Positions 9,338 to 18,637 of a stretch of DNA of 62,519 nt are shown here, in pieces. Position numbers and translations under genes: made by a program. The first letter of the stretch is position 1, and every line of letters starts with the position of its first letter. Under the pieces are notes generated by a model, which searched no databases, was not told the DNA's origin, and saw only the letters and a list, made by a program, of their open reading frames with translations. Origin of the DNA: an uncultured Erysipelotrichaceae bacterium (GTDB taxonomy: Bacteria > Bacillota_I > Bacilli_A > RF39 > UBA660); NCBI GenBank assembly GCA_902797995.1, contig CADBUX010000003.1, forward strand, positions 1-62,519, in the 5' to 3' direction.

Positions 9338-10927
9338 GTGGTTATAGTGAAAATAACAAATAAACCTTATCCTTATTATGAACATGAAGAGATTAATAAT
9401 TTGTTAGAATTATTAGAATTAAATAAAAAAAGAAATCCTAATAATATTTCCTTTTCTTATAGAAATGGTATGGATAAAAAAAATAAAACTTTTTCTGATG
9501 TTTATGATGATGTTCTTTATTTAAGTAATTATTTTAATTCTAAATATAAGAATGAACATATTGGTTTAATTGGGGAAAATAGTTATAACTGGATTATTAC
9601 TTTTTTATCAATTGTTTTGAGTGGTAATGTTTGTGTGGTTTTTGATAAAGATTGTGATGAGAAAAAACTTGAAGAACTTTTAAAATATAGTGATACTAAA
9701 ACTATATATTATTCTAATAAATATTGTTCTTTTGTTGGTGATATGAAGTATAAGACTTTTACACTGGAAGATATTAATTCTTTTATAGAAGAAGGTAAAT
9801 CTTTGGAGAATAAATATAAAATAGATAATTGTTCTGATGCTTGTATATTCTTTACATCTGGTACTACTGGTCCTAGCAAGGGGGTTGTTTTATCACAAAA
9901 AAATATAGCTTCAAATATATATGGTGCAAGTAGTTTGTTTAAGCCAGATGGTAGTGTTCTTAGCGTGCTACCTTTTCATCATGCTTTTGGACTTATTACT
10001 TCAGTATTAAAACCATTTTATTATGGAAAAGAGGTTTTTATTAATAACAGTTTAAAATATATAACTAGGGATTTATCTTTAGTTAAACCTAATACTTTAT
10101 TTTTAGTACCTTTATTTGTTGAGACTTTTTATAAACAAATATGGCAAACTGCTAAAAAGAAGAAAAAAGACAAAAAACTTAAAAATGCAATTAAGATTAG
10201 TAATTGTTTATTAAAAGTTGGTATTGATTTAAGAGATAAACTATTTAAGGATGTTAGAGATGTTTTTGGAGGTAATTTAAAATATATAATATGTGGTGGA
10301 GCATATCTTGATAAAAAATATGTTAAATGGTTTAGAAGTGTTGGAATTGAAATATTAAATGGATATGGAATAACTGAGTGCTCCCCAGTTGTATCTGTTA
10401 ATCGTAACAATTATTATAGAGATGGAAGTATTGGAGTAGCTTGCCTTTTCGAAGAAGTTAAGATAATGGATGGAGAGATATGTGTTAAGGGTCCTAATGT
10501 GATGAAGGGATACTATAAAGATAAGAAAAGTACTTCTAGTGTTTTAATAGATGGTTATTTTCATACAGGGGATCTTGGTTATATAGACGAAGATGGTTTT
10601 ATTTTTTTAACTGGTAGAAAAAAGAATATAATTATATTAAGCAATGGAGAAAATGTTAGTCCTGAAGAAATAGAATCTGTTCTTTTAAAAGATGAAGGTG
10701 TTTGTGAAGTAATTGTTCATGAAATGGGTGACAAAATAATAGCTTCAATTTATCCTGAAAAAGAATATTTTGATAATCAGGAGCATTTTGATGATTTAAT
10801 ATATAAATATAATAAAAATAAACCAAAGAATCATCAAATTGCATTTGTTAATTTAAGAAAAACAGAGTTTATTAAGAATAGTAATAAAAAAATAATTAGA
10901 AGTAAGGCATTGGAGGAGAATAATTAG
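9338..10927 (+). CDS. AMP-dependent acyl ligase, probably an acyl-AMP/acyl-ACP ligase. The start may be GTG 9347.
   Basis: FFTSGTTGPSKGVVLS, GYGITE, TGDLGYIDEDGFIFLTGRKKNII. Immediately followed by a carrier protein gene with a 1-nt gap. Confidence 0.85.
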   Translation: MVIVKITNKPYPYYEHEEINNLLELLELNKKRNPNNISFSYRNGMDKKNKTFSDVYDDVLYLSNYFNSKYKNEHIGLIGENSYNWIITFLSIVLSGNVCVVFDKDCDEKKLEELLKYSDTKTIYYSNKYCSFVGDMKYKTFTLEDINSFIEEGKSLENKYKIDNCSDACIFFTSGTTGPSKGVVLSQKNIASNIYGASSLFKPDGSVLSVLPFHHAFGLITSVLKPFYYGKEVFINNSLKYITRDLSLVKPNTLFLVPLFVETFYKQIWQTAKKKKKDKKLKNAIKISNCLLKVGIDLRDKLFKDVRDVFGGNLKYIICGGAYLDKKYVKWFRSVGIEILNGYGITECSPVVSVNRNNYYRDGSIGVACLFEEVKIMDGEICVKGPNVMKGYYKDKKSTSSVLIDGYFHTGDLGYIDEDGFIFLTGRKKNIIILSNGENVSPEEIESVLLKDEGVCEVIVHEMGDKIIASIYPEKEYFDNQEHFDDLIYKYNKNKPKNHQIAFVNLRKTEFIKNSNKKIIRSKALEENN

Positions 10928-10928
10928 T

Positions 10929-11168
10929 ATGAGGAAAGAAGAAATAAAAAAGGAAGTTATTAGTTTAATAGCAGATACTTTAGAAATAGAAAAAGAAAAT
11001 ATAAATGAAAAGTCTAATTTAGTTTCTGACCTTGATGTTGAATCGCTTGATTTAGTAGGATTAGTAGTTGCTTTTGAAGATAAGTATAATGTTGAAATAC
11101 CTGATAGTGAAATAAAAAATCTTCAGACTGTAGAAGATATAATTAGTTTTATAGAAAAAAATGTATAA
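10929..11168 (+). CDS. acyl/peptidyl carrier protein (79 aa)
   Basis: Phosphopantetheine attachment context DLDVESLDLVGLV. The size and acidic helices are typical of ACP/DltC-like carriers. Confidence 0.85.
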   Translation: MRKEEIKKEVISLIADTLEIEKENINEKSNLVSDLDVESLDLVGLVVAFEDKYNVEIPDSEIKNLQTVEDIISFIEKNV

Positions 11169-11595
11169 GCTTTATATAGAAAAAGATGTTACTACTAAAG
11201 AACTTTTTTATAAAGTTATCAATGATTTGGGTATAAAAGATAGTTTAATTTATAATGAGTATGGTAAGCCTTACTTTGAAAATAGTAATTTATTTTTTAA
11301 TATGAGTAGTTCTGGCTGTTATACTGTACTTGCTATATCTAATAAAGAAGTAGGGGTAGATATAGAAAGAATTACTATGAATGATAGTGTAATTGATAGA
11401 ATATGCACAGATGAAGAGAAAAAGATTATTAAAAATGCTGATGATTTTACTATTATGTGGACAAAAAAAGAAAGCTATGTTAAATGGCTTGGAATTGGGC
11501 TTTCTTATGGACTTAAAAATGTTGATACTTTGAAAATAAAAGGGTTTAAAGTAATAAAAAAAGATGATTACTATATAAGTGTTTATGAAAACTAA
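11161..11595 (+). CDS. 4'-phosphopantetheinyl transferase, Sfp-type motifs but only 144 aa
   Basis: GKPYF, FNMSSS (FN[IL]SHS-like), GVDIE, WTKKESYVKW. Overlaps the carrier gene by 8 nt. Confidence 0.75.
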   Translation: MYKLYIEKDVTTKELFYKVINDLGIKDSLIYNEYGKPYFENSNLFFNMSSSGCYTVLAISNKEVGVDIERITMNDSVIDRICTDEEKKIIKNADDFTIMWTKKESYVKWLGIGLSYGLKNVDTLKIKGFKVIKKDDYYISVYEN

Positions 11596-11644
11596 TTTGT
11601 TTTTATTTGTTGTTTGTTACTAATACTTTGATTAAGGAGGATTT

Positions 11645-11881
11645 ATGAATAGAGTAGATGTTAATGATAAAGAAAAAATTATAGCTAATATGACTTATGA
11701 AGAAGCTAGTAGACTTGCTTTGGCTTATGTTCAAAGTATGGGAAAATTATCTTCTATGGAAATGATGGGCCTTTATGTTGATACACTTCAAGATTATTTA
11801 CAAGTTATACAAAATGTTAGAGAAAATATTAATGCTAATGATAATAGTATGCAAGATTTACCGAGTAATGTAATTAGATAA
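11645..11881 (+). CDS. hypothetical small protein (78 aa)
   Basis: Strong SD (TAAGGAGG) 5 nt before the ATG. Last gene of the ligase-ACP-PPTase operon. No family recognised. Confidence 0.5.
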   Translation: MNRVDVNDKEKIIANMTYEEASRLALAYVQSMGKLSSMEMMGLYVDTLQDYLQVIQNVRENINANDNSMQDLPSNVIR

Positions 11882-11930
11882 TTATTGTATGTACTACGTG
11901 GTATATAGGTACTTGAAATGGTTTATAAGT

Positions 11931-11963
11931 AAGAAAGTATGAAATTACATACTTTCTTTTTTT
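11931..11963. terminator. bidirectional intrinsic terminator
   Basis: Stem aagaaagtatg (11931-11941) / catactttctt (11948-11958) followed by a T-run. It overlaps the 3' end of the convergent - strand gene. Confidence 0.6.
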
Positions 11964-12736
11964 ATATATTTTATTTTTTCTATGTTTGAGTTTTTTGATC
12001 TTTTTGTCATGTTGTTATATGCCATGTCTCTTAATTTTTTTTCATTTTCTTTTAAACTTAATTTATTGTCTGGGTAGAAAGGACCATCTATATAAGATAC
12101 TATTTGTATTTTATTATTCTTTCTTTTTTGATATGTATTTGTTACTGTAAACATTGGAACATTATACATTTTTGGATATCTAAACGATACTGATTTAAAG
12201 TTTCTAATAAATGTACAATATGGCCAAATATGTGCTTCAGGATATATTGATATAGAATATCCTTTTTTTATTCTGTTTTCAATTCTTTTTAAAAAGTTTT
12301 TTGAACTTTTTATGTCTCCTGGAATTGGAATAGCACCAAGAAGCTCTATTAAAGGTCCTGTGTGATGCATTGAAATGTTTTCAGGATTAACTATATAGAA
12401 ATTTCTTTTTGGATATATAGCCATACTTGGTATTATGGTGTCTGCAAAAGCTTGTGTATGATTTGCATATATAAATAGACCTTTTCTTTTGTTTTCTTTT
12501 CTATATTTTTTAATTTTCTCTTTACCTATAAATTTATGATTAAATCTAATTTTTAAGTAAAGTACTTTAATGGGCATAGATAGTATATTTTGTGTTATAT
12601 ATGAAAATAATTCCCAAATAAAAGATTTTTGATATTTAAAGTTACCCTCTATTTTTCTAGGAATTATTTTTACAGTAGAAAACTCATCGTTTAATTCATC
12701 TTCATAGTAAATGATTTTTGTTTCTTCTTTTTTCAT
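11945..12736 (-). CDS. lysophospholipid (PlsC-like) acyltransferase family protein
   Basis: ANHTQAFAD (a variant of HX4D) and IYPEAHIW (FPEGT-like) blocks. Confidence 0.65.
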   Translation of the reverse strand: MKKEETKIIYYEDELNDEFSTVKIIPRKIEGNFKYQKSFIWELFSYITQNILSMPIKVLYLKIRFNHKFIGKEKIKKYRKENKRKGLFIYANHTQAFADTIIPSMAIYPKRNFYIVNPENISMHHTGPLIELLGAIPIPGDIKSSKNFLKRIENRIKKGYSISIYPEAHIWPYCTFIRNFKSVSFRYPKMYNVPMFTVTNTYQKRKNNKIQIVSYIDGPFYPDNKLSLKENEKKLRDMAYNNMTKRSKNSNIEKIKYIKKESM

Positions 12737-13602
12737 TTTATCATTTCCTTGTTTTTGGTAGTATAGGTTAGTTTCTTTTTATAAAAGCTTTCATATGTTT
12801 CTTTCCATGAATTAAAGTTTTCCTTTTTCATTTTTTCTATGTTTTCTTTTTTTGTTAGAGTTTTATCTGGATAAATAGGCTTTTTGATATTTACTATGTA
12901 TTCTTGAATAGGAAATCCATCATCTGCAATATTTTTACTATCTTTCATGGTAATAAATATAGGAAGAATAGGAACACTATTTTGTGTTGCTATATGAAAA
13001 GCTCCACTTTTTAATGGTTTTGGTTTTCTATAGTTCCACCACATACTTTCTTCTGGAAAAATAAGTATGGCGTCTTTATTCTTTAATATGGCTTTTGTAG
13101 CGTTAAGAAATTCTGCTAGAACGTGTTTATTTTCACTTAGAGGCAGGGTGTAACAATTACGCATTAATAGTCCATAAAAGCCTGGAAAGTTAGTATAGTT
13201 TCCTTCACGTATTACTTTATATAATTTTGGTTTTTTATTTGTTTTGTTTTCTATAAAAGTTTTTTCAACTGTGAAAGTATCAAAAGGATTGAAATGATTA
13301 CAGGTAATTATAAATCCGGTATCTTTTAGATTTTGTAAGTTTTCTATTCCTTTTGTTTCTTTTATTATTACTTTTTCTTCTTTTATTAATTTATTAAAGA
13401 AATTTATTGCTTGTTTGTTAGCAAAGCGTGCTTTTATTTTTGATGATAGTTTTTTTCTTAAAAAATCTACTTCATTAGGTTTTAATGGAATAGTGGGGGG
13501 ATCATCTTCTACATCAATATCAAATTTACCTTCACGCTCATATTCTTTAATTTTTTCTATTATTCTTAATCGTTCTTTATCTTTTTCCATTATCTTCTCC
13601 AT
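12733..13602 (-). CDS. lysophospholipid (PlsC-like) acyltransferase family protein
   Basis: HX4D motif NHFNPFD and IFPEESMWW block. 4-nt overlap with the downstream acyltransferase gene. Confidence 0.7.
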   Translation of the reverse strand: MEKIMEKDKERLRIIEKIKEYEREGKFDIDVEDDPPTIPLKPNEVDFLRKKLSSKIKARFANKQAINFFNKLIKEEKVIIKETKGIENLQNLKDTGFIITCNHFNPFDTFTVEKTFIENKTNKKPKLYKVIREGNYTNFPGFYGLLMRNCYTLPLSENKHVLAEFLNATKAILKNKDAILIFPEESMWWNYRKPKPLKSGAFHIATQNSVPILPIFITMKDSKNIADDGFPIQEYIVNIKKPIYPDKTLTKKENIEKMKKENFNSWKETYESFYKKKLTYTTKNKEMIK

Positions 13603-14531
13603 CTTTTGTTATTTTTTCTATCATCACCAATACAGCTTGATTCTTTTTTAGCAAGCTCAGTTAAATTTTCAATTACTAAAGCGTCTTTTTTCTTTTTATC
13701 TTCTGGATAATTATCTTTTGTTTTTAATAAATCTTTATAAAATGGTGTTTCTTTTGCATATTTCCAAAAGTATTCTTGATATAAAACATCATCAAAATGC
13801 CATGGTTTGTTAGCCATATTATAATGAATTAATTTTAGCTTTCTTCTTGGAACTTTATCTTTACGTATGGGCATTCTGTTCCAATTATCAGATATAATTT
13901 TTACTCTTCCTTTACAAAGCCTATTTAAGTAATCTTGATCTTGAGCCACTCTAAATTTAATGGTTTCAAGTGAATACAAGAATTTTTCCATAAATTTAAA
14001 CTTTCTCATTTCTTCAAGATTCATGACAATAACTCCAGCATTAAAATAATGTTTGTAGTTAGAAACTCCAACAACTTTTTCAGCATATTCTCTAAATACT
14101 TCGAAATCATTTATAACTCCATCTGTTGCTGCTGCGATTAGGTTCTCTTTTAAATCTATGTTATATAAATCTGCAATATCTGAAAGAATAGTAATATCAC
14201 AATCTAAATATATGACTTTATTGTGCTCAGGATATAATTCAGGTATAAATAATCTAAAGTATGTTGCTGCTGAAAAATAATCTCTTGTATAAAGTTGTTG
14301 TTTTACTTTGTTTATGTGCTTACTTACATTTACAAAATCAATTTTTATATTATCTTGCTGCATTTTTTTAATTATTTTTTGATTTTTTCCCTTGATATTG
14401 GTATATAGTACTTTTATCTCATATAAATTATTTTTTGATGCATTATCTATTAATGATTTTATAGCAACTCCAAGACAAGGAATGTAATTATCATCAACTG
14501 CAAAAAATATAGGTATTCTATTTTTGTTCAT
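13590..14531 (-). CDS. glycosyltransferase family 8 (retaining Gal/Glc transferase-like)
   Basis: N-terminal IPIFFAVDDNY, DxD in YLDCDI, and NAGVIVMNL are typical of GT8. Confidence 0.85.
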   Translation of the reverse strand: MNKNRIPIFFAVDDNYIPCLGVAIKSLIDNASKNNLYEIKVLYTNIKGKNQKIIKKMQQDNIKIDFVNVSKHINKVKQQLYTRDYFSAATYFRLFIPELYPEHNKVIYLDCDITILSDIADLYNIDLKENLIAAATDGVINDFEVFREYAEKVVGVSNYKHYFNAGVIVMNLEEMRKFKFMEKFLYSLETIKFRVAQDQDYLNRLCKGRVKIISDNWNRMPIRKDKVPRRKLKLIHYNMANKPWHFDDVLYQEYFWKYAKETPFYKDLLKTKDNYPEDKKKKDALVIENLTELAKKESSCIGDDRKNNKRWRR

Positions 14532-15363
14532 AGTAACTTCCTTTCAATTTTAGGTATTCTTCTAAATCTTTATCAAATGCATGACAATGCATCTCTTTAT
14601 GTATTTTATCTATGTTCCATTGTTTATAGTTGGTGGTATGAGGGTATGGTAAGAACTTTAATCTTTTGCTAAAGTGACAAATAACAGTTTTTTTTCCATT
14701 TACTTTAGATTGTTCATTAAATCTCCTAGGAAGAAGTTTCTTTTTGGTAGTATTCCAATAGATGGCATCTTGATCTGCAAAAGTAAGTTTTTTCTTTCTT
14801 AACATATCTCTTCCTTTTTTTAAGAGTTTTGTTCTTTTTATAACTTTCATATTCATAAGTAACATTCCAGCATTAATATAATCTGGTCTAATTAACCAAC
14901 AACCATATTTTTCTTTAACTGCAGCATATTCATAACCTTTTATATCGATATTAAATAGCTTTAATATATCATCATTTGCCATGATATCAGTATCTAAATA
15001 AAGAATTTTATCAGGAATATCAGGCACTAGGTCTGCGAATAATCTTATTAAGGTGTAAGGAGTGCAATAAGCCTTTTCATTTGGGCAATTTTTAAATTCT
15101 TTATCATATAGTTTTGTTACATCAATTTTTTTTATTGTGCTCCCAGGTCTTTTATTATTTAAAACCTTTTGCAAAAACTCTATTTGTTCATCTTCAATTG
15201 AAACAAATTCTTTGTTTAGTCTAGTTACATCCATAGTAAATACATAGTAATTTATTATGGCGTTTGTTCTATTTAATATAGATATTAAACCTGTTAAAAT
15301 ACCATCAAATACTTTTTTATTACCACATACTAGTATATTTACTTGTTTCTTTTTTTTACTCAT
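14518..15363 (-). CDS. glycosyltransferase family 8
   Basis: YLDTDIM (DxD), INAGMLLMNM, FADQDA. Overlaps the next GT8 gene by 14 nt. Confidence 0.85.
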   Translation of the reverse strand: MSKKKKQVNILVCGNKKVFDGILTGLISILNRTNAIINYYVFTMDVTRLNKEFVSIEDEQIEFLQKVLNNKRPGSTIKKIDVTKLYDKEFKNCPNEKAYCTPYTLIRLFADLVPDIPDKILYLDTDIMANDDILKLFNIDIKGYEYAAVKEKYGCWLIRPDYINAGMLLMNMKVIKRTKLLKKGRDMLRKKKLTFADQDAIYWNTTKKKLLPRRFNEQSKVNGKKTVICHFSKRLKFLPYPHTTNYKQWNIDKIHKEMHCHAFDKDLEEYLKLKGSYYEQK

Positions 15364-15500
15364 TTTACCACCAAAACTTATATTTTTATGATTTTAGTTT
15401 ATCATAGTTCTATATATATTGCTAGTATAAGCACGAAAATTAAAGATAATATACATAACTTTTGTAAGTGTTTAGTAGCTAATCTTTGTGAGCTTTTTTA

Positions 15501-15529
15501 TTGTTAAAACTGAAAAATAGTGCTAGAAT
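15501..15529 (+). promoter_or_regulatory. sigma-A-like promoter of the suf operon
   Basis: TTGTTA (15501-15506), 17-nt spacer, TGcTAGAAT (15521-15529). Confidence 0.45.
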
Positions 15530-15545
15530 ATAGGTGGTGATTTTT

Positions 15546-16304
15546 ATGGACATAGAAATAAAAGATTTAACTGTTAAAGTTAATGAAATAACAGTTTTAG
15601 ATAATTTTAATTTAAGTATTGGTAAAGGTGAAATTCATGTTATTATGGGTCCAAATGGAGTGGGGAAAAGTACTTTATCTAAAGTAATTCTTGGTTCTTC
15701 AGATTATAATGTTATATCAGGTGATATTTTAGTTGATGGTAAATCTATACTTAATTTATCTACTGATGAAAGGGCAAGACTTGGTATATTTTTATCCTTT
15801 CAAAATCCTATTGATATCGAAGGAGTTACTAATCAGGAATTTTTAAAAATGGCTATTAACTCTAATCGTGAAACGCCAATAGGTCTTTATGATTTTATAA
15901 AAGAACTTGAACAAAATTATAAGGATCTAAACTTTTCTAAAGAAATGATGCATCGTGGAATAAATCAAAACTTTTCTGGTGGTGAAAAGAAGAAAAATGA
16001 AATCATTCAAATGAAAACATTAAAACCAAAGTTTTTAATTTTAGATGAACTTGATTCTGGTCTTGATGTTGATAGTTTGGATTTAGTATGTAAAAATGTT
16101 TTAGAATATCATGAAAAGGAAAAGTGTTCTATTCTTTTGATTACTCATTATAATAGAATACTTGATAAAATAAAACCAGATTATGTTCATGTATTAGTAG
16201 ACGGGAAGATTGTGGAAACAGGAGATTATACTTTAGCAGATAAAATTGAGAAAAACGGATATAAAAGTTTCGAAAATAGTGCTAAGGTACTAAGAGAGGA
16301 TTAA
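15546..16304 (+). CDS. sufC: Fe-S cluster assembly ATPase SufC
   Basis: GPNGVGKST, FSGGEKKKNEI, LILDELDSGLD, ITHY. Start chosen at ATG 15546, downstream of the AGGTGG SD. Confidence 0.95.
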   Translation: MDIEIKDLTVKVNEITVLDNFNLSIGKGEIHVIMGPNGVGKSTLSKVILGSSDYNVISGDILVDGKSILNLSTDERARLGIFLSFQNPIDIEGVTNQEFLKMAINSNRETPIGLYDFIKELEQNYKDLNFSKEMMHRGINQNFSGGEKKKNEIIQMKTLKPKFLILDELDSGLDVDSLDLVCKNVLEYHEKEKCSILLITHYNRILDKIKPDYVHVLVDGKIVETGDYTLADKIEKNGYKSFENSAKVLRED

Positions 16305-16308
16305 TGTC

Positions 16309-17004
16309 ATGAATAAAATATTTATAGAGGAATTAACCTCAGAAAAAGATCTTTATTTAGAAGAAAGTACTATTGTTATAGTTAAAAGTAGTGATTGCAA
16401 GCTAAATTATTTTATAAAAGATGAAATAAACATATTTACACTTATTATGTCCTCTTCTGTAAAAGTTTCTTGTATGGTAGAATGTAATTCTATTTTTAAT
16501 ATGTTTTCTGTAAATAGTAGTTTAAGTGTTAATATTGATCTTTTAAATGATGATATTAACTATAGATATGCATATAGTACTATTAATAAAGATAATAATG
16601 ATTATGAAATTAATATAAATCATTTAGGGAATAATATAATAAGTAATATTACTAATCATGGGATTAATACTGAAGATAATAAATTATTATTTGTTATTAA
16701 TACTATAGTTCCTAAGAATTCTTTAAATATAACCACTAATCAAGATAGCAAAATAATAGCTTTAAAAGATAATAATGCTTCAATAAAGCCTAATTTACTT
16801 ATTGATAATGATGATATCGAAGCTAATCATGCTGCTTATATTGGAAGGTTTAAAGAAGAAGAGTTGTTTTATTTAATGACTAGGGGTATCAAAAAAGAAG
16901 ATGCAGTAGATTTAATGATTAAATCATTTTTAATTGGTAATATGGAGATAAATTTGGAAGAAAAAGAACTGATATTAGATACAATAAATGCGTATTGGAG
17001 GTGA
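16309..17004 (+). CDS. sufD: Fe-S cluster assembly protein SufD (short form, 231 aa)
   Basis: Position between sufC and sufS. C-terminal block EELFYLMTRGIKKEDAVDLMIKSFL is typical of SufB/D. Confidence 0.8.
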   Translation: MNKIFIEELTSEKDLYLEESTIVIVKSSDCKLNYFIKDEINIFTLIMSSSVKVSCMVECNSIFNMFSVNSSLSVNIDLLNDDINYRYAYSTINKDNNDYEININHLGNNIISNITNHGINTEDNKLLFVINTIVPKNSLNITTNQDSKIIALKDNNASIKPNLLIDNDDIEANHAAYIGRFKEEELFYLMTRGIKKEDAVDLMIKSFLIGNMEINLEEKELILDTINAYWR

Positions 17005-17008
17005 TTAA

Positions 17009-18205
17009 ATGAATAGAGAAGACTTTGAAATGCTTAAACAAGATATAGTTTATTTTGATAATAGTGCTACTACATTAAAGCCTAAAGCGGTTGTTGATGT
17101 GATAAATGATTATTACACAAGGTATACTTCAAATGCTCATAGGGGAGATTATAAAACAAGTTTAAAGGTTGATACTATGTATGAAAGCACTAGAGAAAAA
17201 GTAAAAACCTTTATAAATGCAAAATCTTCTAGTGAAATAGTTTTTACAAGTGGTACTACTGATTCACTTAATATGGTAGTATTTGGTTTTGCAAAAAATG
17301 TTTTAAATAAGGGCGATGAAGTAGTAATTACTAAAACTGAACATGCATCAAATGTTCTTCCATGGCTTGAACTTGAAGATGAAATAGGTATTAAAGTTAA
17401 GTATGCTCCTTTAGATGAAAATTTGAAATTACAATCTGAAGGTTTGAAAGAGGTTATTACTCCTAAAACAAAAATAGTATCTATTGCCCATGTTACTAAT
17501 ACTATTGGAGATGTACGTGATTTAGAGATAATTGGTAAATTTTTGAAAGAAAAAGGTATTTATTTTGTAGTAGATGCTGCTCAAAGTGCAGGTCATAGAA
17601 AAATAGATGTAGATAAGATGAATATAGATTTTCTAGCATTTTCAGGGCATAAGATGTTAGGTCCTACTGGTATTGGAGTTTTATATGGTAAGAAAGAACT
17701 TTTAGATAAAATGAGGCCTATGAAGTATGGGGGAGGAATGAATACTTTCTTTGAAAGTGATGGATCTCGTGAGTATAAAGATGTGCCTTTTAGGTTTGAA
17801 GCAGGTACTCAAAATATAGAGGGCGTAATAGGACTTGGGACTGCGATTGATTATTTAAATAATGTTGGACTTGAAATAATCGAAAAACATGAACATGAAT
17901 TAAGAACTTATTTAATTAGTAAATTAAAAGAAATAGAAAACGTAGAGGTATTGAATCCTAATTCAGATGCAGGTAATGTGTTATTTAATATAAAAGAAGT
18001 ATTTCCACAGGATACCGCGGTTTTTTTAGATCACTATAATATTTGTGTTAGAGCAGGTAATCATTGTGCTAAGCTTTTAAAAGATGAACTAGGAATTAAG
18101 AACACATGCCGTATATCTTTATATTTATATAATACTAAAGAAGAAATAGATAGATTAATCGAGGCTTTAAAGAATTCAAAAAATATATTTGAAGTGGTGA
18201 TATAA
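17009..18205 (+). CDS. sufS: cysteine desulfurase SufS
   Basis: PLP lysine context FSGHKMLGPTG, active-site region RAGNHCA, FDNSATT N-terminus. Confidence 0.95.
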   Translation: MNREDFEMLKQDIVYFDNSATTLKPKAVVDVINDYYTRYTSNAHRGDYKTSLKVDTMYESTREKVKTFINAKSSSEIVFTSGTTDSLNMVVFGFAKNVLNKGDEVVITKTEHASNVLPWLELEDEIGIKVKYAPLDENLKLQSEGLKEVITPKTKIVSIAHVTNTIGDVRDLEIIGKFLKEKGIYFVVDAAQSAGHRKIDVDKMNIDFLAFSGHKMLGPTGIGVLYGKKELLDKMRPMKYGGGMNTFFESDGSREYKDVPFRFEAGTQNIEGVIGLGTAIDYLNNVGLEIIEKHEHELRTYLISKLKEIENVEVLNPNSDAGNVLFNIKEVFPQDTAVFLDHYNICVRAGNHCAKLLKDELGIKNTCRISLYLYNTKEEIDRLIEALKNSKNIFEVVI

Positions 18206-18637
18206 ATGGATAAAGACTTAAAAAGAGAAATAATTTTAGATAACTATCAAAATCCTTATAATAAAAAAGAGATAGATGATGATTCTTATATAAAAATTAA
18301 TACTAATAATGAATCTTGTATCGATAATTTAGATATTTATTTTAGGGTAGAGGATGGCTTTATAAAAGATGCAGGATTTAATGGAGAGGCTTGTGCAATA
18401 TCTACAAGTGCTACTTCAATAATGCTTAGAAATTTGATAGGCAAAAGTGTAGAGTCTGTAAAAGAAATTTTAGTTAATTATCAAAATATGATTAATGAAA
18501 AGGAATATGATAAGGATCTTCTAAGAGATTTAAATGTTTATGATGAAATATATCTTCAACCTAATAGAAAGAATTGTGCTTTACTTCCTGCGAAAGCAAT
18601 AGATAAATTAATTAAGGAATTAGATAATGCAAGTTAA
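18206..18637 (+). CDS. sufU: Fe-S scaffold / sulfur acceptor SufU
   Basis: NPYNK, GEACAISTSATSIM and a conserved C-terminal Cys (NCALLP) are typical of SufU/IscU. Confidence 0.9.
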   Translation: MDKDLKREIILDNYQNPYNKKEIDDDSYIKINTNNESCIDNLDIYFRVEDGFIKDAGFNGEACAISTSATSIMLRNLIGKSVESVKEILVNYQNMINEKEYDKDLLRDLNVYDEIYLQPNRKNCALLPAKAIDKLIKELDNAS

